This document shows, in pieces, positions 28,866 to 37,966 of a DNA stretch of 64,000 nucleotides. Position numbers and translations under genes: made by a program. The DNA comes from Propionibacteriaceae bacterium. GTDB taxonomy: Bacteria > Actinomycetota > Actinomycetes > Propionibacteriales > Propionibacteriaceae. Each line of letters starts with the position of its first letter. The first letter of the stretch is position 1. The notes beneath the pieces were generated by a model. The model searched no databases and was not told the DNA's origin. It saw only the letters and a list, made by a program, of their open reading frames with translations. The stretch covers positions 123,166 to 187,165 of the forward strand of contig JAISHO010000037.1 of assembly GCA_031262485.1 (NCBI GenBank), given 5' to 3'.

Positions 28866-30128
28866 TCAGGGCCGATCGGCCGGAACGATCCGGGAGACGA
28901 GGTGGACGATCCGGTCAGGCAGGTCGACGGGCCGCTCGTTGGTGAGGTTGGCCATGAGCTTGTGCATGAGCCCGGCCACCCCGGGCACAGGGAGGATGTG
29001 GCGGGCGGCGATCCGCATGAGGGCGGGCTGGCCGACGACGGCGAGGAAGAGGCGCCCGAAGCAGTAGTACCCGCCCCACAGATCGGCCAGGTGACGGGGA
29101 TAGGCCTTGAGCTCGGCCTCGCCGGCTGGCGCCCTCACTCCGCGATCGAAGGCGGCGACGATGTGTTCGGCGGCGATCCGACCCGTCTCCAGTGCGGAGG
29201 AGATGCCCTCGCCGTTGAAGGGGCTGACGACTCCGGCGGCGTCGCCGACGAGCATGAGGCCGTCGCGATAGGCCGGGTGACGGTTGAACCCCATGGGCAG
29301 CGCGGCCGAGCCGATCGGCTCGAGGCGGTTCTCCTCGGTGAAACCCCAACCGGAGGGCGTGGCGGCGAGCCAGCGCTGGAGGAGATCGCGATAGGAGATC
29401 TTTCCAAAGGCCTTGGCCGTCGAGGGCAGTCCGAGGCCGACGTTGGCGACGCCGTCACCGAGCGGGAAACTCCAGGCGTATCCGGGAAGCAGGGTCGATC
29501 GCCCCGGGGCGCCGTCCCACAGCTCCAACCAGGAGTGCAGCCAGAGGTCGTCGCCGAACGGAGAGCGGAAATAGGTGCGCACCGCCACTCCCATGGGGCG
29601 GGAGGGATCGCGGTCGATGCCGGCGGCCAAGGCGAGACGGGCCGAGTTGCCGTCGGCGGCGACGACGACCGGGGCGCGGAACTGCCCGGCGTCGGTCTCC
29701 ACGCCACAGATCCGCCCCGTGTCGTCACGGAGCGGGCCGGTCACGAGCACGCCGTCACGGAACCGGGCGCCGGCGGCGACGGCGTGGCGGCGCAACACGT
29801 CGTCGAACTCCTCCCGGCGCCGGACGGCTCCATAAGAGGGGAAGGCGTCGAGTTCGGGCCAGGGCAGCTGGTAGGCCTGGGGACGGGAGGTGTGGATGAT
29901 GAGCCCCGCCGTCTTCCGCCACTGTTCGCCGTGGGTGTCGACGCCGAGGAGATCGAGTTCCCGGATCGCCCGCGGCGTCAACCCGTCGCCGCAAACCTTC
30001 GAGCGTGGGAAGGTGGATTTGTCGAGGAGGAGGACGGAACGCCCAGCGCGGGCGAGATGGATGGCGGTGGCGGAACCGGCCGGGCCGGCGCCGACGACGA
30101 TGACGTCGGTTTCGGCCTCAACCGTCAC
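28866..30128 (-). CDS. Geranylgeranyl-reductase-family FAD flavoprotein (MenJ-like menaquinone/polyprenyl reductase candidate)
   Basis: VIVVGAGPAGSATAIHLARAG...VCGDGLTPRA...LVGDAAGVVSPFNGEGISSALETG. The GTG start overlaps the trpA stop (GTGA). Confidence 0.8.
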   Translation of the reverse strand: MTVEAETDVIVVGAGPAGSATAIHLARAGRSVLLLDKSTFPRSKVCGDGLTPRAIRELDLLGVDTHGEQWRKTAGLIIHTSRPQAYQLPWPELDAFPSYGAVRRREEFDDVLRRHAVAAGARFRDGVLVTGPLRDDTGRICGVETDAGQFRAPVVVAADGNSARLALAAGIDRDPSRPMGVAVRTYFRSPFGDDLWLHSWLELWDGAPGRSTLLPGYAWSFPLGDGVANVGLGLPSTAKAFGKISYRDLLQRWLAATPSGWGFTEENRLEPIGSAALPMGFNRHPAYRDGLMLVGDAAGVVSPFNGEGISSALETGRIAAEHIVAAFDRGVRAPAGEAELKAYPRHLADLWGGYYCFGRLFLAVVGQPALMRIAARHILPVPGVAGLMHKLMANLTNERPVDLPDRIVHLVSRIVPADRP

Positions 30129-30943
30129 CGCTGCTCCCCCGCCGCGTCGGCCGGCGAGGTTTCCGCGAGCGCTGAGACCATCGCCTGCTTCATCGAGGCG
30201 GCGTAGTCACGCAGATATCCGGCGGCGTCGTCGGGGTGCTCGGCGATGATCGAGACGATCTTGCTGCCGACGATGGCGCCGTCCGCCTGCGTGGCGATGG
30301 CTCCGGCCTGATCGGGGGTGTGGACCCCGAACCCGACGGCGACCGGGGTGTCGGTGCGGGCCCGGATCGCTTCCCGAATGGCGCCGAGGTCGGTCGTGAT
30401 CTCGGAACGGGCGCCGGTGACGCCGAGCGAGGAGACGAGGTAGACGAACCCGGTCGCGTCGTCGGCGATCCGTGCGATCCGGTCGGCCGAGGTCGGCGCG
30501 ACGAGCGTGATGACGTCGATCCCGTGGGCACGGGCGGCCGGGATGATCTCGCCCTGCTCCTCGTAGGGCAGATCGGGGATGATGAGCCCGGACACCCCTG
30601 CCTCGGCGCACCGTTTCATGAAGGCGTCGTAACCGTAGTGGAAGACGGGGTTGAGGTAGGTGAGGAAGACGATCGGCGCCGTCGTCTCGGCGTGGATCGA
30701 GGCGGCCAAGCCGAAGATCTTCTCGATCGTCGCCCCGGCCGTCAAGGAGCGGACGTTGGCGGCCTGGATGACCGGCCCCTCGGCGATCGGGTCGGAGAAG
30801 GGGATGCCGATCTCGAGCAGGTCGGCGCCTCCTTCGATAAGGGCGAGAGCGTACTGCCGACTCTGCTCGATCGTCGGATCGCCCCCGGTGAGGAAGGCGA
30901 TGAAGGCGGGGCCATGGTCGAAGGCCCGGGCGATGTCACTCAT
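30125..30943 (-). CDS. trpA: Tryptophan synthase alpha chain
   Basis: [23 protein letters not shown]...[21 protein letters not shown] at 30943 with SD GGAAGGA, overlapping the trpB end by 8 nt. Confidence 0.92.
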   Translation of the reverse strand: MSDIARAFDHGPAFIAFLTGGDPTIEQSRQYALALIEGGADLLEIGIPFSDPIAEGPVIQAANVRSLTAGATIEKIFGLAASIHAETTAPIVFLTYLNPVFHYGYDAFMKRCAEAGVSGLIIPDLPYEEQGEIIPAARAHGIDVITLVAPTSADRIARIADDATGFVYLVSSLGVTGARSEITTDLGAIREAIRARTDTPVAVGFGVHTPDQAGAIATQADGAIVGSKIVSIIAEHPDDAAGYLRDYAASMKQAMVSALAETSPADAAGEQR

Positions 30944-32183
30944 GGAGATCCTTCCCGCGGTAGCGCGCGATGGCGGCGACGTCCTTGTCACCCCGGCCGG
31001 ACAGGCAGACGACGACGTTGCCTCCCGCGGGATAGGAGCCGGCCTCGGCGACGAGGTGAGCGATGGCGTGGGCTGATTCGATGGCGCAGATGATGCCTTC
31101 GGAGCGCGCCAACAGTTCGAAGGCGGAGACGGCCTGTTCGTCGGTGATGGGGACGTAGCGGGCCCGCCCGGTGTCGCGGAGCCAGGAGTGCTCCGGACCG
31201 ATGCCGGGATAGTCGAGCCCGGCCGAGATCGAATAGACGGGGGCGATCTGGCCGTCGTCGTCCTGGCAGAAATATGACTTCATGCCGTGGAAGACGCCGA
31301 CCGATCCAGCCGCCATGGTGGCCGCGTGGCGGCCCGTCTCGACGCCCTCCCCGGCGGCCTCGCATCCGACGAGGGCGACGGTGGGATCGTCGACGAAGGC
31401 GTGGAAGAGCCCGATGGCGTTCGAGCCGCCGCCGACGCAGGCGATGACGGCGTCGGGCAGCTTGCCCGTGCGAGCCCACAGTTGATCGCGCACCTCATGG
31501 CCGATGACGGCTTGGAAATCACGCACCATGACGGGGAACGGATGCGGGCCCATGACGGAGCCGAGGACGTAGAGGGTGTCGTCGACCCGACGGGTCCATT
31601 CCCGCATCGCCTCGTTGACGGCGTCCTTGAGGGTGGCGGTGCCGGAGGTGACGGGGTGGACGGTCGCGCCGAGCAATTCCATCCGGTAGACGTTGAGGGC
31701 TTGGCGGATCGTGTCCTCCTCCCCCATGAAGATCTCGCACTCGAGCCCGAGCAGGGCGGCCGCCGTGGCCGCCGCGACACCGTGTTGGCCGGCGCCGGTC
31801 TCGGCGATGATACGGGTCTTGCCCATCCGTTTGGCGAGGAGGGTTTGACCGAGCACGTTATTGATCTTGTGCGAGCCGGTGTGGTTGAGGTCTTCGCGTT
31901 TGAGCCAGATCGTCGGCCCGCCGAGTTCCTCGCTCAACCGATCGGCCCGGTAGAGCAGCGAGGGACGCCCGGCGTAGCTGAGGAGCAGGGCGTCCAACTC
32001 GGCGGCGAAGACCGGATCGGCTTTCGCCTCGGTGTACGCCCGCTCGAGGGCGAAGAGCTCGTTCATCAACGTCTCGGGGATGTAGCGCCCGCCGAAATCC
32101 CCGAACCGACCGTCCCGGGTGGGCCGAGGCGCCGAGGGCGTGGGAGTAGGTGGGCCGGCGTTCGCGGCCGGAGTGTCAGGCAT
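30936..32183 (-). CDS. trpB: Tryptophan synthase beta chain
   Basis: [15 protein letters not shown]...[14 protein letters not shown]...[13 protein letters not shown] at 32183 with SD AAGGAG 7 nt upstream, overlapping the trpC(F) end by 8 nt. Confidence 0.93.
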   Translation of the reverse strand: MPDTPAANAGPPTPTPSAPRPTRDGRFGDFGGRYIPETLMNELFALERAYTEAKADPVFAAELDALLLSYAGRPSLLYRADRLSEELGGPTIWLKREDLNHTGSHKINNVLGQTLLAKRMGKTRIIAETGAGQHGVAAATAAALLGLECEIFMGEEDTIRQALNVYRMELLGATVHPVTSGTATLKDAVNEAMREWTRRVDDTLYVLGSVMGPHPFPVMVRDFQAVIGHEVRDQLWARTGKLPDAVIACVGGGSNAIGLFHAFVDDPTVALVGCEAAGEGVETGRHAATMAAGSVGVFHGMKSYFCQDDDGQIAPVYSISAGLDYPGIGPEHSWLRDTGRARYVPITDEQAVSAFELLARSEGIICAIESAHAIAHLVAEAGSYPAGGNVVVCLSGRGDKDVAAIARYRGKDLHE

Positions 32184-33606
32184 GGGGTGACTCCTTGTCG
32201 TCGTGAGGAGAGGGAGAAGGGCGCCGGGCGACGCCATGATCGCGCACCCGGGCGACGAGAGCGGCGATCTTGGCTGGATCCTTGAGGCCGTCGGTCTCGA
32301 CTCCCGAACTGGCGTCCAGCCCCCAGGCGTCCGTCTCGTCTAGGGCTCGCCCGGCGGAGGCGGCGTCGATCCCACCGGCCAGCAGATAGGGCACGGGCGC
32401 CGCGCCGATGAGGCGCCAGTCGAAAGGCTGGCCGGAGCCGGGGGCGGCGCTGTCGAGGAGGAGGTGATCGGCCGCCGTCTCCTGCGGCATCGGCTCGCGG
32501 GTGAGACGCACGGCCTTGATGACCGGCACGGTGGGGCCAAGCGTGGCTTTGAGCTGGCGGATCGTCTCATCCGTCTCATGGCCATGGAGCTGGACCCAGT
32601 CGATCCCCCCGGCCTCGACCGCTTCGACGATCGTCGCGGTGGGGGCGTCGACGAAGACGCCGACGGCCGGAACGCTGGGATGGAGGCGTTCGTGAAGATC
32701 GAGGGCGTCGTCGAGGGTGATGCGCCGCCGGCTGGGGGCGAAGACGAAGCCGGCCAAGTCGGGCCTGGTGGCGTTGACGGCGTCGATGTCGGCGATCCGG
32801 GTGAGCCCGCAGATCTTGATCTTCGCCACGTTGGCGGTCAGCCCGGCCAAGGCGGCCCGTTTGTCGGTGGCGCGCATCAACGTCTCACCGACGAGGACGG
32901 CGTCCGCCCCAGCCCGGCGCACCCGGGCGAGGTCGTCAGCGGTGGCGATGCCGCTCTCAGCCACGAGGATGACGCCGGCAGGCACGAGTGGCGCGATGGC
33001 GTCGGTCGTCGCGAGGTCGACGTCGAAGGTGCGAAGATCTCGGTTGTTGACACCGACGACCCGGGCGCCGGCCGCCAGCGCTCGGCTCATCTCCTCAGCC
33101 GAATGGGTCTCGACGAGGGCGGAGAGCCCGAGCCGGTGGGCCCGTTCGATGAAGCGGGCCAGGGTGGCGTCGTCGAGCAGGGCGACGATGAGAAGGATGG
33201 CGGCGGCGCCGAGCACCTTGGCCTCGTCGATCTGATACTCGTCGATCGTGAAATCTTTGCGCAGCACGGGCAAGGGGACCTCGGCGGCGATCTCACGCAG
33301 GTAGTCGTCGCTGCCTTGGAAGAACTCGGGTTCCGTCAACACCGAGATCGCCCTGGCCCCGGCCGCCTCGTAGTCGCGCGCGATCGCCAGGTAGGGGAAG
33401 TCGGCGGCGATCACCCCTTTGGAGGGCGAGGCCCGTTTGACCTCGGCGATGAAGGAGACCCCCGTCGCCGCCAAGGCCTGCTCGAAGGGGAATCCGGTCT
33501 CATCGGGCAGGGCCTCGGCCCGCCGCGCCATCTCCTGGGGCGAGACCGTCGCTTTGGCCGCCTCGACGCGGGGCCGGGTCCGCCCGGCGATCTTCTCGAG
33601 GATCAT
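32176..33606 (-). CDS. trpC: Bifunctional indole-3-glycerol-phosphate synthase / phosphoribosylanthranilate isomerase (fused TrpC-TrpF)
   Basis: The N-terminal half has [13 protein letters not shown]...[11 protein letters not shown]...[11 protein letters not shown]...[11 protein letters not shown] (TrpC). The C-terminal half has KIKICGLTR...[11 protein letters not shown]...WVQLHG...LLAGGI (TrpF). The ATG at 33606 overlaps the trpD stop (ATGA). The track's longer N-terminus is an out-of-frame read through trpD. Confidence 0.9.
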   Translation of the reverse strand: MILEKIAGRTRPRVEAAKATVSPQEMARRAEALPDETGFPFEQALAATGVSFIAEVKRASPSKGVIAADFPYLAIARDYEAAGARAISVLTEPEFFQGSDDYLREIAAEVPLPVLRKDFTIDEYQIDEAKVLGAAAILLIVALLDDATLARFIERAHRLGLSALVETHSAEEMSRALAAGARVVGVNNRDLRTFDVDLATTDAIAPLVPAGVILVAESGIATADDLARVRRAGADAVLVGETLMRATDKRAALAGLTANVAKIKICGLTRIADIDAVNATRPDLAGFVFAPSRRRITLDDALDLHERLHPSVPAVGVFVDAPTATIVEAVEAGGIDWVQLHGHETDETIRQLKATLGPTVPVIKAVRLTREPMPQETAADHLLLDSAAPGSGQPFDWRLIGAAPVPYLLAGGIDAASAGRALDETDAWGLDASSGVETDGLKDPAKIAALVARVRDHGVARRPSPSPHDDKESPHA

Positions 33607-34682
33607 TCCGACGGCGTCTTCCCTTGTGAGAGAGCGACGAAACGGTCGAGCTGGAGACGCGCCCGCCCGCTGTCGATCATGGCTTTGGCCTGGGCGATGG
33701 CGTCGTCGAAGGTCATCGAGAGATTGGCGATGTAGATCGCGGCGGCCGAGTTGAGGATGACGGCGTCGCGCTTGGGACCGGTCTCGCCGTCGAGGATGGC
33801 GCGGGTGATCGCGGCGTTCTCCGCCGGGTCGCCGCCGAGAAGGTCGGATTTTTCGCTGCGCGTCAGGCCGAAGTCCTCCGGGGTGATGACGCGGGTGGTG
33901 AAGGCGCCATGGCGCAATTCGCACACCGTCGTCGGCGCCGACATCGAGATCTCGTCGAGGCCGTCTTGACCGTAGACGACGAGGGCGGAGCGCACCCCGA
34001 GGTTCTTGAGCACCCGGGCCAGCGGTTCGACGAGGGATTCGTCGTAGACCCCGAGCAGTTCCATCCGGGCGCCGGCCGGGTTGACGAGGGGGCCGAGGAT
34101 GTTGAAGATCGTGCGGATGCCGAGTTCGGTGCGCACCGGGGCGACGTATTTCATGGCCACGTGATAGTTCTGCGCGAAGAGGAAGCAGAGGTTGATGGTG
34201 CGCAGGATCTCCAGGCTGCGCTCCGGATCGATCGTGATGTCGACGCCGAGGGCTTCGAGGACGTCGGCGGCGCCCGACCGGCTCGTGGCGGCCCGGTTGC
34301 CGTGCTTGGCGACCGGCACGCCGGTGGCCGAGACGACGAAGGACGACGTCGTCGAGATGTTGAAGGAGTGGGCCTCGTCGCCGCCGGTGCCGACGATCTC
34401 GAGGACGTCCATGTCGTGGAGGAGACGGATGCAGTGCTTGCGCATCCCGGCGGCCGAGCCGGTGATCTCGTCGATCGTCTCTCCCTTGACGGACATGGCC
34501 GTGAGGTAGGCGGCCATCTGGATCTCCGTGGCCGTCCCGCCCATGATCTCGTCCATGACCTCTTCGGCCAGGTCGTAGCCGAGGTCCTCGTGGCGGGCGG
34601 CGCGTGAGATCGCCTCCTTGATGACCATCTTGGGTCGGGGGTGCTTCGCTGTCGTGGTGTCAGCCATGGTCGCTCCTGTCAT
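33603..34682 (-). CDS. trpD: Anthranilate phosphoribosyltransferase
   Basis: LEIVGTGGDEAHSFNISTTS...VAKHGNRAATSRSGAADVLEALG. Confidence 0.93.
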   Translation of the reverse strand: MTGATMADTTTAKHPRPKMVIKEAISRAARHEDLGYDLAEEVMDEIMGGTATEIQMAAYLTAMSVKGETIDEITGSAAGMRKHCIRLLHDMDVLEIVGTGGDEAHSFNISTTSSFVVSATGVPVAKHGNRAATSRSGAADVLEALGVDITIDPERSLEILRTINLCFLFAQNYHVAMKYVAPVRTELGIRTIFNILGPLVNPAGARMELLGVYDESLVEPLARVLKNLGVRSALVVYGQDGLDEISMSAPTTVCELRHGAFTTRVITPEDFGLTRSEKSDLLGGDPAENAAITRAILDGETGPKRDAVILNSAAAIYIANLSMTFDDAIAQAKAMIDSGRARLQLDRFVALSQGKTPSE

Positions 34683-35368
34683 GCTCGTCGCGCTGATGGG
34701 GCCGTGCTTCGCGGCCCGGGTGATGTCGTCTCCGATGATCCGGGGCGCGGGGCCGGGCTCGGGTCGGGACCCTCGATCTCAAGGAAGTTCGCGATCATGC
34801 GCGCCCCGTCGGGGGTCATGATCGACTCGGGGTGGAATTGCACGCCGAAACAGGGCGACGTCTCATGTTCGAGGGCCATGATCTCGCCATCGGCCGTCAG
34901 CCCGGTCACGCGCAGGTTCAGTGGGAACGTCGCCGCCTCGGCGGCCAAAGAATGATACCGGGCCGCTGTGACGACCGGCGGCAGGCCGACGAACAGAGGC
35001 GATTGGCCGGTCAGGGTGACCTCGGAAGGTTTGCCGTGCATGAGCTGGTGGGCGTAGCCGACGACCCCGCCGAAGGCTTCGACGATGGCTTGATGGCCGA
35101 GACAGATGCCGAGGATGGGGATGTCCGCGTGGAGACGTTGGATCGCCTCCACGCAGATGCCGGCGTCCTCGGGGCGCCCGGGGCCAGGCGAGATCACGAT
35201 GTGGGAGGGCCGCAAGGCTGCCAGGTCGTCGACGGTGAGGGCGTCGTTGCGCACGACGCGCACCTCCTCGGGCTCGCCACCCTCCCCCGCCCGTTCGAGG
35301 GCGAGCGTGCCGAGCGCCTGGGAGACGTTGTAGGTGAAGCTGTCGTAGTTGTCGATGAGGACGATCAT
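34679..35368 (-). CDS. trpG: Anthranilate synthase component II (glutamine amidotransferase)
   Basis: MIVLIDNYDSFTYN...PILGICLGHQAI...GVQFHPES, the triad GATase motifs. Overlaps at both ends are ATGA. Confidence 0.93.
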   Translation of the reverse strand: MIVLIDNYDSFTYNVSQALGTLALERAGEGGEPEEVRVVRNDALTVDDLAALRPSHIVISPGPGRPEDAGICVEAIQRLHADIPILGICLGHQAIVEAFGGVVGYAHQLMHGKPSEVTLTGQSPLFVGLPPVVTAARYHSLAAEAATFPLNLRVTGLTADGEIMALEHETSPCFGVQFHPESIMTPDGARMIANFLEIEGPDPSPAPRPGSSETTSPGPRSTAPSARRA

Positions 35369-36855
35369 GCGGACGCCTCCTCGAGAGCGGTCATGACGGC
35401 CCGGGCCTTCGCCCTCGTCTCGGCGTATTCGGCGGCCGGGACGCTGTCAGCGACGACGCCGGCGCCGGAACGGACATAGACGACGCCATCCTTCTTGAAG
35501 GCCAACCGGATGGCGATGCAGGTGTCCATCTCGCCGGTGACGCCGATATAGCCGATGGCGCCGCCGTAGACACCGCGTTTGACGCCTTCGAGTTGGTCGA
35601 TGATCTCCATCGCGCGGATTTTAGGAGCGCCGGACAAGGTCCCGGCTGGAAGCACGGAGTCGAGGATCTGGCGGGCGGTGACGCCGGGGCGGGGAACCCC
35701 GGAGACGGTCGAGCCGATGTGCATGACATGGGAGAAGTGCGAGACCGACATGTAGTCGTCGACCCGGACGGTGCCGTACTCGGCGATTCGCCCGATGTCG
35801 TTGCGCCCGAGATCGACGAGCATGCGATGCTCGGCCAATTCCTTGGGGTCGGCCAGCAGCTCGGCCTCGAGGCGGGCGTCCTCCTCCGGGGTGGAGCCAC
35901 GGGGGCGCGACCCGGCCAACGGGAAGGTGAGAGCGCGCCCGTCGTGGTAACGGACGAGGGTCTCCGGGGATGCCCCGGCGATCTCAAGGTCGTCGGAACT
36001 GAAGTAGAACATGTAAGGCGAGGGGTTGATCTCGCGCAGCCGTTCATAGGTGGTGAAGAGGCTGCCGGTGGCGTCGGCGTCGAGACGGTTCGAGAGCACG
36101 ACCTGGAAGATGTCGCCCTCGTGGATGAAGTGCTTGCCCTGCTCGACCATGGCGGAGAACCGCTCCTCGTCGAACATCTCCCGCCAGGGAGACGTCAAGC
36201 GGAGAGGCACGAAGTCGGCCATCTCGCCGGTGGCGATGAGGCGGGCGAGATCGGCCAGTTCGGCCCGGGCGTGATGGTAGTTCTCTTCCAGCGCGTCGGT
36301 TTTGACGAGGGCGATGAGGACGATCGTGTCGGTGGCGTGGTCGTAGGCGATGACCCGGTCGAAGAACATGAGATCGAGATCGCGGAAACCCTCGGTGTCG
36401 GCGGCGTCGAAACGCAAGGCGGGCTCGGCGTAACGGGCGTAGTCGTAGGAGATGTACCCGACGAGCCCCCCGGTGAAGGGCGGCAGCCCCGCGATGATGG
36501 GGCAGGCGTTGTCGGCGATGATGCGGTCGATGACGGCGCCGGGATCGTTCGGCTCCAAGGTGAGTTTGAGGACGCCGTCGAGGGTGAGGCGGCCGTCGGC
36601 GATCGAGACCCCGAGGACGGGCTGGTGGCCGAGGAAGGTGTACCGGCCCCGCTCGCCATCCGGCTCAGCGCTTTGAAGGATGTAGCACTGGTGGGAGAGG
36701 CGTTTGAGGACGCGGAACGTCTCCGACGGCGACCGCCCGGTGTCGGGGATCGTCATCCACACCGGCACCCGGGGATACGCGCCCGCGTAGGGGCGCAGAT
36801 CCTCCAGGGTGGCGTCGGGCAGCGGAGCGACCGCCGCCAGGTCAGCGGGCGGCAC
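35365..36855 (-). CDS. trpE: Anthranilate synthase component I
   Basis: The C-terminal ~495 aa of track ORF 35365-37815 match TrpE: ...PRVPVWMTIPDTGRSPSETFRVL...GGLVGYISYDY...LSGAPKIRAMEII...RGVYGGAIGYI. The N-terminal ~320 aa of that track ORF are an alternate-frame read through the OYE gene. The best start is the GTG at 36855, with no strong SD, so the exact start is uncertain. Confidence 0.85.
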   Translation of the reverse strand: MPPADLAAVAPLPDATLEDLRPYAGAYPRVPVWMTIPDTGRSPSETFRVLKRLSHQCYILQSAEPDGERGRYTFLGHQPVLGVSIADGRLTLDGVLKLTLEPNDPGAVIDRIIADNACPIIAGLPPFTGGLVGYISYDYARYAEPALRFDAADTEGFRDLDLMFFDRVIAYDHATDTIVLIALVKTDALEENYHHARAELADLARLIATGEMADFVPLRLTSPWREMFDEERFSAMVEQGKHFIHEGDIFQVVLSNRLDADATGSLFTTYERLREINPSPYMFYFSSDDLEIAGASPETLVRYHDGRALTFPLAGSRPRGSTPEEDARLEAELLADPKELAEHRMLVDLGRNDIGRIAEYGTVRVDDYMSVSHFSHVMHIGSTVSGVPRPGVTARQILDSVLPAGTLSGAPKIRAMEIIDQLEGVKRGVYGGAIGYIGVTGEMDTCIAIRLAFKKDGVVYVRSGAGVVADSVPAAEYAETRAKARAVMTALEEASA

Positions 36856-37906
36856 GGATATACGAGGGCGGCAGCGGCGCCTCGTCGCCGAGCGCTCGGG
36901 CGGCGTGGATCGGCCAGCCGGGGTTGCGCAAAGCTTCCCGGCCGATGAGGACGGCGTCGGCTTGGCCACAGCGGAGGATCTGCTCGGCTTGACCCGGCTC
37001 GGTGATGAGCCCGACGGCGGCGGTGGCCATGCCCGTCTCGCGGCGCACCTCGGCGGCGAAGGGGACCTGATAGCCCGGGCCGCCGTCGATCGGCACGTTG
37101 ACGTTGCCGCCGGTCGAGACGTCGATGAGGTCGACGCCGAGTTGGCCCAGTTCGGCGGCGAGTTGGACGGTGTCGTCGCCCGTCCACCCGTCGTCGGTCC
37201 AATCGGTGGCGGAAAGACGGACGAACAGCGGCTTCGACTCCGGCCAGACGCGGCGCACCGCTTCCGTCGTCTCACGCAACAGGCGGGTCCGCCCCTCGAA
37301 ATCGCCCCCGTAACCGTCAGAACGGGTGTTGGTGATCGGGGAGTAGAACTGGTGGATGAGATAGCCGTGGGCGGCGTGGATCTCGACGACGTCGATCCCG
37401 GCGGCGTCGGCGCGTTGTGCGGCGGCGGCGAAGGCCTCGGGGATACGGGAGACCTCTTCGGTGGTGAGCGCGTGCGGATCGGCCAGACCGGGGAAGGCGA
37501 CATCCGTCGGGCCGACCGGGACGAACCCGCCGTCGGCGACGCTGTGGACCCCACCGGGATAACCGGGCAATTCAGGCCAGACCGACCCCTTGCGGCCGGC
37601 ATGGGCCAACTGCACGGCCATGGTGGCGCCTTCGCCGTGGCAGAAATCGACGACCCGGCGGAATCCATCGATCTGGGCGTCGTCCCACAACCCGAGATCT
37701 TGCAGGCTGATCCGCCCCTCGGGCACGACCGCGGTGGCCTCCATGATGATGAGCCCGAACCCGTGGGTGGCGAAGGACCCGTAGTGGACGAGGTGCCAAT
37801 CGTTCGGAACGCCATCGCGGGCGGTCACGTTGAACAGGCACATCGGGGGGATCCAGACGCGGTTGCGGGCCGTCACATCACGCAAGGTCAGGGGATCGAA
37901 AAGCAT
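36842..37906 (-). CDS. Old Yellow Enzyme family NADH:flavin oxidoreductase (NamA-like)
   Basis: MLFDPLTLRDVTARNRVWIPPMC...HAGRKGS...EIHAAHGYLIHQF.SP..N.R.D.YGG. ATG at 37906 with SD GAAAGGAAG. Its stop lies inside the predicted trpE start region. Confidence 0.85.
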   Translation of the reverse strand: MLFDPLTLRDVTARNRVWIPPMCLFNVTARDGVPNDWHLVHYGSFATHGFGLIIMEATAVVPEGRISLQDLGLWDDAQIDGFRRVVDFCHGEGATMAVQLAHAGRKGSVWPELPGYPGGVHSVADGGFVPVGPTDVAFPGLADPHALTTEEVSRIPEAFAAAAQRADAAGIDVVEIHAAHGYLIHQFYSPITNTRSDGYGGDFEGRTRLLRETTEAVRRVWPESKPLFVRLSATDWTDDGWTGDDTVQLAAELGQLGVDLIDVSTGGNVNVPIDGGPGYQVPFAAEVRRETGMATAAVGLITEPGQAEQILRCGQADAVLIGREALRNPGWPIHAARALGDEAPLPPSYIRAAR

Positions 37907-37966
37907 GGTCTTCCTTTCTGTCGACACCACTCTAAAGCACGGGTAAGACAGCCATTTCAGACCGGC

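Noticed and set aside
36856-37815. The N-terminal ~320 aa of track ORF 35365-37815, which would make an 816-aa TrpE.
   Set aside because: That part is Ser/Pro/Arg-rich nonsense produced by reading the OYE gene in another frame. TrpE homology begins only around 36840-36855. The OYE frame (36842-37906) carries the real motifs.
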